This document shows, one piece after another, positions 55,501 through 64,000 of a DNA stretch of 64,000 nucleotides. The DNA is taken from the NCBI GenBank assembly GCA_002633005.1, contig NMRA01000117.1, positions 665,894-729,893 of the forward strand. Direction: 5' to 3'. A program made the position numbers and the translations under genes. Below the pieces are notes generated by a model, which was not told where the DNA came from, did not search any database, and was given only the letters and a program-made list of their open reading frames with translations. The DNA is from Phoronis australis. Its lineage: Eukaryota > Animalia > Phoronida. The first letter of the stretch is position 1. Each line of letters starts with the position of its first letter.

Positions 55501-58500
55501 ATTTCATGAATGTATGTCAAAGGGTTTTGGAGATAGAGCAGTGGACGCCGACCGGACGGACAGATGGACAGAGATGAGGTGAGTCCACATATAAATATGT
55601 GGGCGCATAAAAATAACAGTGAGTTATCAACAGTTGATGTTAAAAGAGCCCATTTGCTACTCACAGTCTCAAAGTTTAAGATTAGAATAAACAACCTTTA
55701 CATTCATTACCAGCACCATATTTCTTCAGATTACTGACCAGAAGCTAAAGCTGGGGAACTGAAATATTGGAGTGGGCAAGAATGGACACTAAAAACCAAA
55801 ATCTTTGAGAAGTTGGGGGAAAGCATGAGCTCGAAAGGACGATCTAGTTTCCCGTTTATGTCCAGAGATCTATACTTAAGTTGGAATTCACCTGGAAGTC
55901 AAATAAAACATTGAATTGTGGGCATTATATTCTAAAATAGATTGACCACTCAAACTAGTTGATAGCATGAGCTAGCCTTTTATGCAACATATCTTTAAAT
56001 TTTCTCATGCACATATTACAAACACATTGAGCTGGCCTAACCAAATGGTAACACCATGGTTTGCACACAAGTAGGCCTATGATGACAATGTGCATGAACC
56101 AAAAGAACCATTTCATGTCTCCTTCAGCGCACAAGAACATATTCACAGGCATGTAGTAATCTTTAGGAAAGTCTCAATAATATAAACTGGTGTGGGCATT
56201 AGTCCGGCATGGGTGCTTAAAAGGGGAAATTCAGAAATTTTGGGAACAGGCAGCAGTCACAGATGACACTGAAAGAAATTTTGCACTTAGGCGGTAACAG
56301 TAGGTTACCAATTTACAGAAGCTACAAGCAGTTTTGGGATTCTTGCTTCAAAGCCTACAAGCAAAATTGGCAAAACCAGCTTGTGCTAAATTCGAACCCT
56401 GCTTCATCAGGGCTTGGAATGACCAATGACAAAAAACGCGGAAACTTTGAACTTTTACGGCCCAAATCATGCCCGATAACCAGCCTTGAAATGGTCAATG
56501 TGAACCTTTCCCCGACAAAAATCGGGAGGACTAAAAAAAAAACGTTACCACCATCAGTAGCATGCATCTGCGTCCTTTTAGCTCGCCCGTCCACTCCCAA
56601 CCCACACATTTTTGGCTGCAGAGCGGTAGTATTTNATAAAACATTGAATTGTGGGCATTATATTCTAAAATAGATTGACCACTCAAACTAGTTGATAGCA
56701 TGAGCTAGCCTTTTATGCAACATATCTTTAAATTTTCTCACGCACATAGTACAAACGCATTGAGCTGGCCTAACCAAATGGTAACACCATGGTTTGCACA
56801 CAGGCCTATGATGACAATGTGCATGAACCAAAAGAACCATTTCATGTCTCCTTCAGTAAAGCGCACAAGAACATATTCACAGGCATGTAGTAATTTTTAG
56901 GAAAGTCTCAATAGTATAAACTGGTGTGGGCATTAGTCCGGCATGGGTGCTTAAAAGGGGAAATTCAGAAATTTTGGGAACAGGCAGCAGTCACAGATGA
57001 CACTGAAAGAAATCTTGCACTTAGGCGGTAACAGTAGGTTACCAATTTACAGAAGCTACAAACAGTTTTGGGATTCTTGCTTCAAAGCCTAAAAGCAAAA
57101 TTTGCAAAACCAGCTTGTGCTAAATTCGAACCCTGCTTCATGCCTGTATTTCTTTCTCGTAGTTAGCTCGGAGGTAGTGTTCAACATCGAACAGCAGATT
57201 TGTGATATTATAAGACTTCACTGTATCTTGCCATTAACTACTAGAAGTCTGCCAAAGAATATTGTATTGTTTGATGTCTTAAGTTGTCAGAATCAATATG
57301 AAAGTTCAATTTCACTTAAAAGCCAGTGTTCTCCTCACACTACTGGAGGCTTAACGACTGAACGAGGCGAGGATGAAACTGCGAGGCGAGGATGAAACTG
57401 CGTGGCTGCCATCCATAAACATACTGCTGACATATTTCACTACCTCAGGTCTAGTGAGAGACAACATCAAAACCTCGGAAGGGACCCAGGCTATAGGCAA
57501 AAACAACCATGGCCTTAGCAAAATGTGGGTCAGATCAGCTTACAACTGTGCCTGAAATACCTAAACAAAAAGCTGGAAGGCAATTTTGCGCTTGAACAGC
57601 CAATCTGACTGGTTGACCTAGAAATAAACTAGCCCCCCCAGGTCAAAAGATTTGACAATTGCCCAACCAGGGTGCACCACATGAGTTGGCTCTGCTACAG
57701 GGGTGAAGGACAATGATAATCCTTCACTATGGTTTCTAACTGGTTAATGGATTTCACTTAAACAGAAAATTATAAGTTCGAAAAACATCCAGTTCAAATT
57801 GACAAACAAATGTGCTTGTCTTCACAGTTTGGACAGAATTAGGACTGAAAATCACATTATCAGAATTTAAACAAAGAGACAGTGTCACGGTTACTAAAAC
57901 CACTTAATATCAACTTAGGTACATTTGAAGATGTAAGAAAGAATCCAACACAACAACTATAAGTATATTTATTTTGAATACAGCTGAAACAGGTCACAAG
58001 ACTTGTTACAAGTAGTAAGTGCCGCCAATTCTAGACAGCACTCCAGCTAAAGTAAATAACATGTGTACTGATAAATTTGGAGTGGTAACTGTCAATGGCT
58101 GCTATCAGTTGACCTGTTGATCTATTTGTGTAACCACCACACTACCTACAGCTTCACAGACTGTAACTGCTCAAACACACACGCACACACACACATGCAC
58201 ACAATAACACTGATGTAGGCAACATTTCCATGGGACTTTAGTAGAGATTTTACACAATATAAGTATAGTAAAGAGCGCTTCAGTGGAGGGGCTAGGGCAA
58301 AATAAATGTGAACAACCCCCTCCCAATTCACTGTTCAGTGACTGTTTCCGGAAGACAATTCATAGTTCAGGAGATTTTTGAAAAAGGAAAAATAAATTTG
58401 AACAGATCAATAGTACAATGATAATAATGACTGTGAAGTGCTTAAACATAAGCACTACAGTGTGGTCTGCTGTTGTATAGGAGGTACTGCCTTGTATGGA

Positions 58501-61500
58501 TTACTCCATTCAGCACTGAAAGTTCACTCCAGCTTGCAGTAGAAACCTGCTCGATTAGTGGATTGCTCAGTAACTTTCATTTATTGCAGACATTAACTAC
58601 AGCAAAAGTTGGGTTGATGGGCCCTGCTGTCACCCAATCCAGGTCTGCACTGTGATAATTGCACACAAAATGAACCCACCGTTTATCACAAATTACTTTG
58701 CACAAAAATAATTGTCAAAACAGTTGTTTTTCCATTTTTCAAAGGCCGATCACCTAGCTGCACAGAACCTTTACCAAATATTGTTTTATGACATCTGCGC
58801 ACTACAAATCACACAGTTAATCAACCAAAACGTTCTTAATGTTTACTTTTGGGGAGAAAAAAGCCTGCAAGCAAACCAAAATGACACCCTGCAAACACAG
58901 CTAGTACAGTTGCTGATGTGCAATACTGAAGTTCAGGGATACAAAAACCTATATGTTTTCATAGGTCTGATGTCTCATAAGGTAATGCCCTTGTTATCAC
59001 ACTGTAAATACCGTACTTGATTCACAACAAAAAAAATCTCCCTAGCCTCCTTTTCCAAACTTCAGATATTTCCATAAGTCTGGGGAAATTTTGAAAACTT
59101 GTCCATACTACTAGTAACTCGGATCATGGCTTTGGTCAACTGTTGTTCATCAGAGGTAACTTGCATACCAGAAATAGGGAGATACAATCACCATCAAAAA
59201 ATAAGTAAAGACAATGTAATCGTCATGAAAATGTACTAACGACAACCGCATGTAACAACAGTTGCGGTGACACTGCGTGACTTAGACAGCATGCTTAAGT
59301 GGTAGGATCAGGCTAAAAGTCCAGGTTACGATGAATAGTCAAATTTACATGACTGATAAAAATAGACAACCTACTACGGTAGTATTTTTTGCACCACCTG
59401 ACATCACAAACAGGCAGGTTCGACAGTCTATGTCTGTCTGTGGGCATGGAGAGCAGTGGCTGCAACATTCACTGCAATCTGGCTATTCTACATTTTACCA
59501 GTAAGTTATATAAAGACCCTGGGTTAGACAATGAGTAACACGCAATCACCAACACCACTCACGTATGGGATTGTCTCCAGTTTTTGTGACTGATGTCACC
59601 AGCTTGTCCAATAACAACATATTGAGTTGATAAAGTGAGAAGTTGGATGGATGCGCTTTTGATCTCATCACAAGTTTTACAAACCCAAAATAAGTCTATG
59701 ACTTTAAAGGCAGTGCAAATCATTGCCATACCAGTCAAGGAGTGAAAATATCTGCAAGGAATTTAAGGAAATAGCTTCAATTTTCAACCTTGAAGCCAAA
59801 GGACAATCATCATAAAGCGAATCATAAAAAATTGTAGAAAATCAACAGAACCTGAACAGAAATCAGTACCAAAGACATATCTGCAACCAAACTTAAAAAG
59901 AAATACGTACAAGCTGTGGTGATACCAGAGTCAGCAGACATAGGGCAACTTTTTGGACCATTTGAAAAATTGTAACATCACCCTAACCAATCCCATTGCA
60001 GCTAACACAGAATTTGGAAAATCCACAAGAGACTACTGGACTAACTCCAACCAACATTATCATATTAAAATTACAATACATCCCCTGAATCATGTAAATT
60101 TCAGTTGAAATCTTTAATTCTGAGAAACAAATCAGATTCCATGAATTCCATCCATTTCCAATATCGTGGAAAACCAGGGTCTTTAACACTTGGTTTAAGC
60201 ACAAATATTCCCCTCTAAATGACTAGTTTCAAGTGAATGACCTCTCAGTCAACTAACTGAAGCTCACCATCAGCCGCTTTGTGTAAATAAATCAGCCAAA
60301 GAGGAATTCTCTACACTTCTTTATGGCTATTGCACCCAAAAGTTCCACCACGCTTTTACATTTATGGTAAAACTTAGAACAATTTGGGCATCGAAAATTA
60401 CTTATTTAGCTCAAGGTTGGAGTTTGTATCAAATTTTAGAAATGAGCAATATTGCACAAAATCAAGAAATATTATCATTTACAAGTGATCATTTATCTCC
60501 ATGTTACGCACAACATGAGCACATAAAAATGGTGAGCCCAAGTCTATTTTTAGATTCTGCTGATACATTTAACAGGGCCTCAAAATCGTTGATGTGTTGT
60601 GTAACCTATACATAGTCCACCACACAAAATACTAGTCAGAGATCTTACAAACCTTAGTTGGACTTCCCACTGTGCAGTCACTGGTTAGCACCTTGACATC
60701 AAGAGAACAACATAAATCCACCAGGCTTTATCTCGTAAAAGGTCCATTGCCAAAAAAGAACATAGAACATCCCCTTGTGGATTAGTCGAGTTCACACCTT
60801 ACCAGACTCAGTCTATTTTTAATAGCAGGGGTCTCAATTTGGCCACAAAGTTTGAGTATTTCATTTCCTCTAATATGAAAAATACCACACTAAAACAATA
60901 GTTCTCCTTGTGGAAGAACAATTGGAACAGGCAAATAGTGGAGAACTACTAGGAGTCAACAGCATACTATCATGGAGATCTCATGAAGACTCACTGTGTA
61001 ATAAAAATCAGTAAGGAGTAAAGACTTTTCAGGTGCACCAAGAAATGTGTTCATCCTTCTCACTATGACAGGCCCGGATAGGAATCTCCTTTGTCCCGGA
61101 GGGGGAAAAATTCTCCGTTACATTGACCTCATTTTAGAATTGTTGCGCTGAATCTAGTAATCATGTCTGAAAATACTGCATCAATGGATATTTCTCAAGA
61201 TCCAACTTTCTGTCGTCGGAGTTACAGCCCACAGCGATGTTCAATAAGACTTCGCTGGCATTGGTAGGTCGAACTTATGCAATGATGAAAAATTAAAAAA
61301 TGAAGGTGAAAACAAATAACAGTAACATGAAAAACGTCAACGGCATGAAAATGAGGCTAGAGAACTGGCGGATGTTGCAGCATTGTGGGTAAATATCGCA
61401 AGATTTAAGTGGCGCTGTGTAATCCGACTGAAACTGGAGTATAATACTCTAGTACTTTTGCCCTACCACAGTTTGACTACTGTCATGATTATCTGGGGCA

Positions 61501-62489
61501 CCTATGCCCAAGTACTATGTGACAAGGTAACTATGGTACAGAAGAGTGTCACAAGACAAGGTTCAGGGGAAGAATGTCTTCTCTACCATTATTTTGTAGC
61601 TTGGTCCCCCTTTCATAAACAAATACAGTATTTATCACACTAATTTTAACATAGACGTGTTGCATCATGTGGCCTCCCAAATACCTCCTATGTAAGTTTT
61701 GTAAGGTTTGTGAGACTCACAGGAGATTCCCAAGAACCTCAATCCATGCTAACCTTCAACTCCCTCATACCCAAACTGCTGACTTATACCAGAAGCGTGG
61801 AGAACTCGGGCGCCGTGTTACTACCAATGGATGTACGCAATGCTATGATACTGCAATTAACGTGTTAAATGACTGACACCCATTAAACATTCTCATTCTG
61901 TAAATTAGTGAAATCACAACACCAGAATACAGCATTTAATCTTAGAACCTAAGATTCGTCTCACATCAGAAGTAAAACCTATTGCGGCATAATCTGAGTG
62001 CAAAGTTTCTAAACTTAAAGCGTGGCATGCAATTGATCAGTCTTCCAGGAGTTTCAAGTACCACTACAGATCTAAAAATAGATTACATCAAGGGACACCG
62101 CCATAGGCATAGCACAGTCACTGTGACTGCGTTATGCAGACCCAACATTTATACTTGTGTGAACAGCTAGTGACTGTGATCACATTCTTCTCTTCTAATG
62201 CATGGCGATAACTCACAAGGATTGTCATGACCTTGTGCTTTACCTTGTGCTCTCTTGCATCTACAGATGCAGCCCAGCTCTTGTAGCGATACAAGGCTGT
62301 GTTAACTGCCTAGTTTAATACTGCTCTGTATACTTACTACAGTCTACTAGTAGGCCCTACTAGCAACCCACTCACCTTACTACTTTCAAGAGCCTCAGCA
62401 GAATGAGATTCTTTTGGCTTAAAACATCCTTGACATTTGTTCTTATTGAACATATTCGGCAAAAACTTTCTGCAGTTGTTGGAAGCCAT
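4373..62489 (-). CDS. MPRIP: Multi-exon gene (26 core coding exons, ~2417 aa): myosin phosphatase Rho-interacting protein / TRIOBP / protein outspread homolog (2 PH domains + long coiled coil)
   Basis: Hand-spliced GT-AG exons with matching phases total 7254 nt (divisible by 3, ends TAA). Recognised family motifs: [24 protein letters not shown]; PH1 [28 protein letters not shown]; PH2 [35 protein letters not shown]; [15 protein letters not shown]; C-terminal MRSKSSP...[14 protein letters not shown] vs TRIOBP orthology is not resolvable (probably a single pro-ortholog, osp-like). Confidence 0.93.
4805..4897 (-). CDS. MPRIP: Exon 25 (RS/SP-rich, [13 protein letters not shown]...GKA)
   Basis: TATTTCAG acceptor, CAG|GTGAGT donor, 93 nt, phase 1-1. 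Confidence 0.85.
5073..5523. mobile_element. Foldback MITE, ~205-bp inverted arms, ~36-bp spacer, 5-bp TSD AATTG
   Basis: CAAGGTAC...GTACCTTG termini, AATTG at 5068-5072 and 5524-5528; arms are high-identity reverse complements with ~21-bp sub-repeats. Confidence 0.85.
6303..6471 (-). CDS. MPRIP: Exon 24 (DNEHHHHLH...RQFK)
   Basis: TTCCCAG acceptor, AAG|GTAGAA donor, 169 nt, phase 0-1 matches next exons. Confidence 0.8.
7590..8145 (+). repeat. Dispersed repeat family C, copy 1 (internal ~150-bp subunits with CCACTAGGGGGC-like motif)
   Basis: Shares TGCCACT(A/G)GG, AATTTTCA..ATCCTTT.AGCGGTTTGG and AAATTTCA blocks with 24707-25233 and 54847-55612; boundaries approximate. Confidence 0.6.
8375..8461 (-). 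CDS. MPRIP: Exon 23 (VTLQLKEVE...AAEE)
   Basis: TTCTCAG acceptor, GAG|GTAGGT donor, 87 nt. Confidence 0.89.
8625..8755 (+). mobile_element. Degenerate SINE 3' fragment
   Basis: GATGGAC..GCATCCCGTGCAGGGGGAG...CTACAGAAACCGG...CTGATGAGC resembles central/3' domains of widespread invertebrate tRNA-SINEs (recalled similarity, not searched). Confidence 0.35.
8858..9100. repeat. 35-bp minisatellite, ~7 copies
   Basis: TTTGAGGGTAGTTCAAGGTTTATACCAAGCCA(A/G)TG head-to-tail, no spacers. Confidence 0.95.
9953..10064 (-). CDS. MPRIP: Exon 22 (NEEMHSQL...HDLK)
   Basis: TTATAG acceptor, GTAAGT donor, 112 nt, phase 2-0. Confidence 0.89.
10532..10805 (-). CDS. MPRIP: Exon 21 (LEALKKV...[12 protein letters not shown]...LSA)
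   Basis: TTTCAG acceptor, CG|GTAGGT donor, 274 nt, phase 1-2. Confidence 0.93.
10877..11128. mobile_element. MITE family A (CAGGGCTTGGAAT-type TIR), diverged copy, 6-bp TSD ATACAC
   Basis: CAGGGATTAGAAT...ATTCTAAGCCCAG flanked by ATACAC on both sides; 3' part matches ~35110-35167. Confidence 0.75.
11528..11675 (-). CDS. MPRIP: Exon 20 (GLCGQG...ATQA)
   Basis: TGCCAG acceptor, G|GTAGGT donor, 148 nt, phase 0-1; conserved MPRIP/TARA coiled coil. Confidence 0.91.
12524..12691 (-). CDS. MPRIP: Exon 19 (DEYEDELV...IDTLK)
   Basis: TTCCCAG acceptor, AAG|GTATGG donor, 168 nt. Confidence 0.9.
13193..13303 (-). CDS. MPRIP: Exon 18 (AEIELLSSR...KDVQ)
   Basis: CCTTAG acceptor, CAG|GTGGGC donor, 111 nt. 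Confidence 0.87.
13620..14987. mobile_element. Non-autonomous Tc1/mariner-superfamily (pogo/Tigger-like) element, TA TSD
   Basis: Perfect TIR CCGTATTCGCCGTAATAACCGCCCA / TGGGCGGTTATTACGGCGAATACGG, TA both sides, subterminal TAAGCGCCC repeats, no transposase ORF. Confidence 0.88.
15078..15482. repeat. 67-bp tandem repeat, ~6 copies, spanning the exon 17 splice donor
   Basis: GCATTACC recurs with GT at 15471, 15404, 15337, 15270, 15203, 15135. Confidence 0.93.
15473..15565 (-). CDS. MPRIP: Exon 17 ([11 protein letters not shown]...EKHK)
   Basis: TTTATTAG acceptor, AAG|GTAATG donor, 93 nt. Confidence 0.87.
16425..16642 (-). CDS. MPRIP: Exon 16 (SDFKQGLD...VLKS)
   Basis: TATAG acceptor (alternative in-frame CAG 6 nt downstream), TCA|GTGAGT donor, phase 1-0. 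Confidence 0.88.
17124..17681 (-). CDS. MPRIP: Exon 15 (EKAFEDL...SQTS)
   Basis: TCTGCAG acceptor, G|GTAAGT donor, 558 nt, phase 1-1. Confidence 0.9.
18112..20281 (-). CDS. MPRIP: Exon 14, giant 2170-nt coiled-coil exon
   Basis: 747-aa ORF; GTTACAG acceptor, G|GTAAGG donor, phase 0-1. Confidence 0.92.
20400..21130 (-). mobile_element. Highly decayed LINE (CR1/L2-like) reverse-transcriptase remnant
   Basis: Faint motifs in the expected order on the minus strand (GVPQGS-like ~20990, ADD-like ~20910, LTW ~20565); no intact ORF. Confidence 0.3.
21452..21538 (-). CDS. MPRIP: Candidate cassette/alternative-start exon ([29 protein letters not shown])
   Basis: ATTTCTTATTAG acceptor, CAG|GTAGCT donor, 87 nt, phase 0-0, begins with ATG. 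Confidence 0.5.
23341..23499 (-). CDS. MPRIP: Exon 13 ([10 protein letters not shown]...YIAQ)
   Basis: TTCACCAG acceptor, CAG|GTACGT donor, 159 nt, heptad pattern. Confidence 0.9.
24549..24599 (-). CDS. MPRIP: Exon 12 ([17 protein letters not shown])
   Basis: GTTACAG acceptor, GAG|GTAGGT donor, 51 nt; joins to give [12 protein letters not shown] coiled-coil start. Confidence 0.82.
24707..25233 (+). repeat. Dispersed repeat family C, copy 2
   Basis: Starts ACAAGAGCAATGC.GAGC.TTGA and ends ATATAAA.ATGTGGG...ATAAAA as in 54847-55612. Confidence 0.7.
25496..25945 (-). CDS. MPRIP: Exon 11 (Ser-rich, AIKDVEK...SRKQ)
   Basis: ACGCAG acceptor, CAG|GTAAAG donor, 450 nt open. Confidence 0.85.
26417..26611 (-). 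CDS. MPRIP: Exon 10 (Ser-rich, ARSVSRRR...EDKQ)
   Basis: TTTCCTAG acceptor, CAG|GTAACA donor, 195 nt. Confidence 0.87.
26711..26784. repeat. 12-bp tandem repeat (CACATATTGATG) x6
   Basis: Direct inspection. Confidence 0.95.
27071..27412 (-). CDS. MPRIP: Exon 9 ([19 protein letters not shown]...AMTE), end of PH2
   Basis: ATTTTTAG acceptor, GAG|GTAAGA donor, 342 nt. Confidence 0.93.
28254..28415 (-). CDS. MPRIP: Exon 8 (DWCKHWFVL...YGFEIQ), PH2
   Basis: TGCAG acceptor, CAG|GTAGGG donor, 162 nt. Confidence 0.94.
29204..29257 (-). CDS. MPRIP: Exon 7 ([18 protein letters not shown]), start of PH2
   Basis: TTTATTTCAAG acceptor, AGG|GTGAGT donor, 54 nt, KKGWL motif. Confidence 0.92.
29408..29893. 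mobile_element. MITE family A, young full copy, 13-bp perfect TIR, 6-bp TSD ATTTTT
   Basis: CAGGGCTTGGAAT...ATTCCAAGCCCTG; near-identical 5' half at 56408-56634; subterminal CGCGGAAA motifs (hAT-like). Confidence 0.9.
30846..30887 (-). CDS. MPRIP: Candidate microexon ([14 protein letters not shown])
   Basis: TTCTGTGTTAAG acceptor, AAG|GTAACT donor, 42 nt, phase 0-0, open. Confidence 0.4.
30917..31013. repeat. ~32-bp tandem repeat x3
   Basis: CTGTGGATGACTGCATTAGC(C/T)TGACATAGACA. Confidence 0.9.
31681..31737 (-). CDS. MPRIP: Candidate cassette exon ([19 protein letters not shown])
   Basis: TTCGTCTTTACAG acceptor, GAG|GTAAGC donor, 57 nt, phase 0-0, open; no transcript support available. Confidence 0.6.
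31850..32788 (-). CDS. MPRIP: Exon 6, low-complexity inter-PH linker (313 aa)
   Basis: TTTGTTAG acceptor, AAG|GTAGGC donor, 939 nt open, contains most of ORF 31835..32617. Confidence 0.88.
34104..34209 (-). CDS. MPRIP: Exon 5 ([11 protein letters not shown]...APGDM), end of PH1
   Basis: TTCCCCCCTAG acceptor, ATG|GTGAGA donor, 106 nt, phase 2-0. Confidence 0.9.
34938..35167. mobile_element. MITE family A, short AT-rich subfamily copy
   Basis: AGGGCTTGGAATGGCCAATGACAAAAA...ATTCCAAGCCCTG. Confidence 0.8.
36030..36400. repeat. Degenerate ~27-bp minisatellite
   Basis: AAAAGTCAACCCAAACATGA(C/T)ACAACT units; explains repetitive ORFs 36032/36045. Confidence 0.85.
37053..37204 (-). CDS. MPRIP: Exon 4 ([14 protein letters not shown]...SKEEIR), PH1
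   Basis: CTACAG acceptor, CAG|GTAAC donor, 152 nt, phase 0-2. Confidence 0.93.
37723..38543. repeat. 410-bp tandem duplication joined by a single N (probable assembly artefact)
   Basis: 37723-38132 vs 38134-38543, only two substitutions noticed; N at 38133. Confidence 0.9.
40671..42008. mobile_element. Non-autonomous hAT-like DNA transposon
   Basis: TIR CAGGGCTCAACATTAAC / GTTAGTGTTGAGCCCTG, subterminal (C)TTGCCC / CGGGCAA repeats; flanks ACAGC / AGAGC (imperfect 5-bp TSD). Confidence 0.82.
42420..42485 (-). CDS. MPRIP: Exon 3 ([22 protein letters not shown]), PH1
   Basis: TTCTTTCAG acceptor, GTAAGT donor, 66 nt, classic PH motif. Confidence 0.93.
44654..44682. repeat. Poly-G tract containing a gap N
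   Basis: Run of G with N at 44668; true length uncertain. Confidence 0.9.
45995..46096. repeat. 30-bp tandem repeat x3
   Basis: CAACAACCAGGACAGAATGATGACAAGACA. Confidence 0.9.
47774..47851 (-). ncRNA. tRNA-derived Pol III unit (pseudo-tRNA / SINE head), left arm of palindrome
   Basis: A box TAGCTCAGTGG, B box GGTTCGATTCC, downstream TTTTT; imperfect acceptor, anticodon and T stems; duplicate at 48119-48196. Confidence 0.75.
48003..48080 (+). ncRNA. tRNA-derived Pol III unit (pseudo-tRNA, nominal anticodon GGC), right arm of palindrome
   Basis: A box, B box, anticodon stem CTAGA/TCTAG with loop CCGGCAA; duplicate at 48348-48425 followed by GATTTTT. Confidence 0.75.
49683..49945. repeat. 22-bp (2x11) minisatellite CCAGCAATGGGCAAGCAATGTG flanked by short inverted repeats
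   Basis: Direct inspection; TGAAAACACCAGCA (~49650) / TGCTGGTGTTTTCA (~49976); explains six-frame repetitive ORFs. Confidence 0.9.
50432..50512 (-). CDS. MPRIP: Exon 2 ([27 protein letters not shown]), start of PH1
   Basis: TTTGCAG acceptor, AGG|GTAAGT donor, 81 nt, phase 0-0; not in ORF track. Confidence 0.92.
53030..53430 (+). mobile_element. MITE family B, diverged copy
   Basis: TCCACATACAGACTTAC...TTGTTCTAGGGTAACTTGCGCCACTT...AGGGCAAGTCTGTG, colinear with 54465-54847. Confidence 0.72.
54465..54847 (+). mobile_element. MITE family B, uninterrupted copy
   Basis: Imperfect inverted ends TCCACACACAGACTTACCCT ... AGGGTAGACTGTGTGTGGA; three copies in window. Confidence 0.78.
54847..55612 (+). 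repeat. Dispersed repeat family C, copy 3
   Basis: Internal subunits with AAATTTCATGAA and TGCCACTAGGGGGC; GGAC-type microrepeat near 3' end. Confidence 0.72.
55903..57141. repeat. ~505-bp duplication across a single N (alternative haplotypes), first copy followed by a MITE
   Basis: 55903-56407 vs 56636-57141 with several SNPs/small indels; N at 56635. Confidence 0.9.
56408..56634 (+). mobile_element. MITE family A, 5' half truncated by the gap
   Basis: High identity to 29408-~29627. Confidence 0.9.
62376..62489 (-). CDS. MPRIP: Exon 1 (MASNNCRKF...LESSK)
   Basis: ATG at 62489 in GTCATGG context; donor AAG|GTGAGT; 114 nt; family N-terminal C/H motif. Confidence 0.92.
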
Positions 62490-62960
62490 GACTGCTATCT
62501 GTGTTCGGAGAGATCTTCTTGATTTTTGGTTCTTCCTCACAATTTATCCACAACAGCAACACGCCACAAATCCAACGACGAGATGTTTATATTTCTGGAC
62601 TTGACAACTTGGGAAGGATTCCTAAATTAACGTTCTGAGAAATTACACCAACACAAGTATCACCAGGACACTGCATCAACTCAGCGCAAGCTCTACATCA
62701 TTCAAGGAAGACTGTTTTCTAGCATGATTAAAATTCCTGGGAGCAAGAAAATGTTCTAACCCGCCATGAACCGCTGTGCCTGTTAACCATACATCAACAA
62801 AGATGGTCATGCGCGGCGCATGAATTTAAAGAGAACTAGTCCACAGTTTTCCTGACTCGCAAAGAGTGGCGCTGCAAATAGGTGACTTACAAGAACAACA
62901 AGATACAAGAAGTTTTGTCATTAGCGTTTTTATAAATCAGGCAACCTTAGCCCGACCGGA
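62490..62960 (-). promoter_or_regulatory. Putative 5'UTR / proximal promoter region
   Basis: Immediately upstream of the ATG with some local CpG clustering; TSS not determinable from sequence. Confidence 0.35.
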
Positions 62961-63155
62961 CTATTTTTCCGACCAACAAAAACCAAGGAACAAAATTTGT
63001 AGACTAGACCCACGGTATATATTCTAAGCATAGATATCACAAAGATGCCTATGATTCTAAGAGCAAAAGCAAAAATCTAGAGGTAGAGTACATGGAATAT
63101 AAAATAAATAAATGAATAGTAAACGAAACATATCTGAGTAACTAAGTTTTAGGCT

Positions 63156-63316
63156 CAGTGGTGAATTTAGAGGGGGGCAAAGGGGGCCATGCCCCCCACC
63201 CCCTAAAATTCTCCCAGATTCCATGTGGCAGTTCCGGGCCCGGGGGTGCGAATGTCTGACGGGCAAACCTGTCCTGCCCCACACCCCCTCAACTCAAAAT
63301 CCTGGATACGCCCCTG
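63156..63316. mobile_element. Small GC-rich hAT-type MITE upstream of the gene
   Basis: CAGTGGTGAATTTAG...CCTGGATACGCCCCTG imperfect TIR of the common CAGGGGCG.ATCCAG class; flanks AGGCT/AGGTT. Confidence 0.65.
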
Positions 63317-64000
63317 AGGTTATGTGCTTAAAAATACAAATGTGTGGTAATGATGGTGATAATTATTTACAAAGCCTACTTTTTGGTGCTCTAGTCCAAG
63401 TCCGCTGCAATCTCTAAAATACGCTGAAAGCCTGAGCGATTCATCTTGGCAAGACTGCTCCAGGCGCCCTGGAGGCAGGAAAACGTAATGCTGCATTACC
63501 CGCGTACATTGAAAACTACCAGGCTAAGTCTAATCATCGGGGAAACCTTATATTCCCAACACCCCACCACCGGAAATCGGGGTTATAGCTGTATAAGCAA
63601 CTTACTAAGAGGCTCTAATTCAGGGGATCGGACGTATTCTAAGTCCGCTCGGCTGCGATATCTGCTAGTGACACTCCCATGAAAATAGAACGGGACGTTC
63701 GTTTCCCTCAGTTGTCCCATGAATTAAATGCATCATATTTAATCTATGGTTGCCTTACGAAGGGATGCTTTTCCGATGAATCCCCTGCAAAAAAGTGAAT
63801 TCGGAACTTCACGAAAGATTCCCTTTTCCAACTACACACAGTTTCGTAAAAACACCGAGAAATGTTTTTGTAACATTACCACGAGTAAAACATGTCTTCT
63901 AAATATTATCTTTAATTTCAAATTGTTTGAGTTGTAAAAGTTAATGTATTAATTTTTAATATATGCCGTCTCTTGTTTAAATGTTTCGCGCGTAATGTGT

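Overview
Eukaryotic (invertebrate animal-like, AT-rich) genomic DNA; the species cannot be assigned from sequence alone. Nearly the whole window is one minus-strand gene (~58 kb, ATG 62489 to stop 4373) encoding an MPRIP/TRIOBP/Drosophila outspread-family actin-cytoskeleton scaffold: an N-terminal Cys/His motif, two PH domains and a very long coiled-coil. I assembled 26 GT-AG exons by hand with mutually consistent phases (7254 nt, ~2417 aa) and found 3-4 further frame-preserving candidate cassette exons. The introns hold several non-autonomous DNA-transposon/MITE families (TA-, 5-bp- and 6-bp-TSD types), minisatellites, old retroelement debris, and a palindromic head-to-head pair of tRNA-like Pol III units nested in a MITE. 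Three near-identical tandem duplications joined by a single N look like unmerged haplotypes; one shows a filled versus empty MITE site. I see no prokaryotic-type system (CRISPR, operon, etc.), and most short ORFs in the track are spurious.
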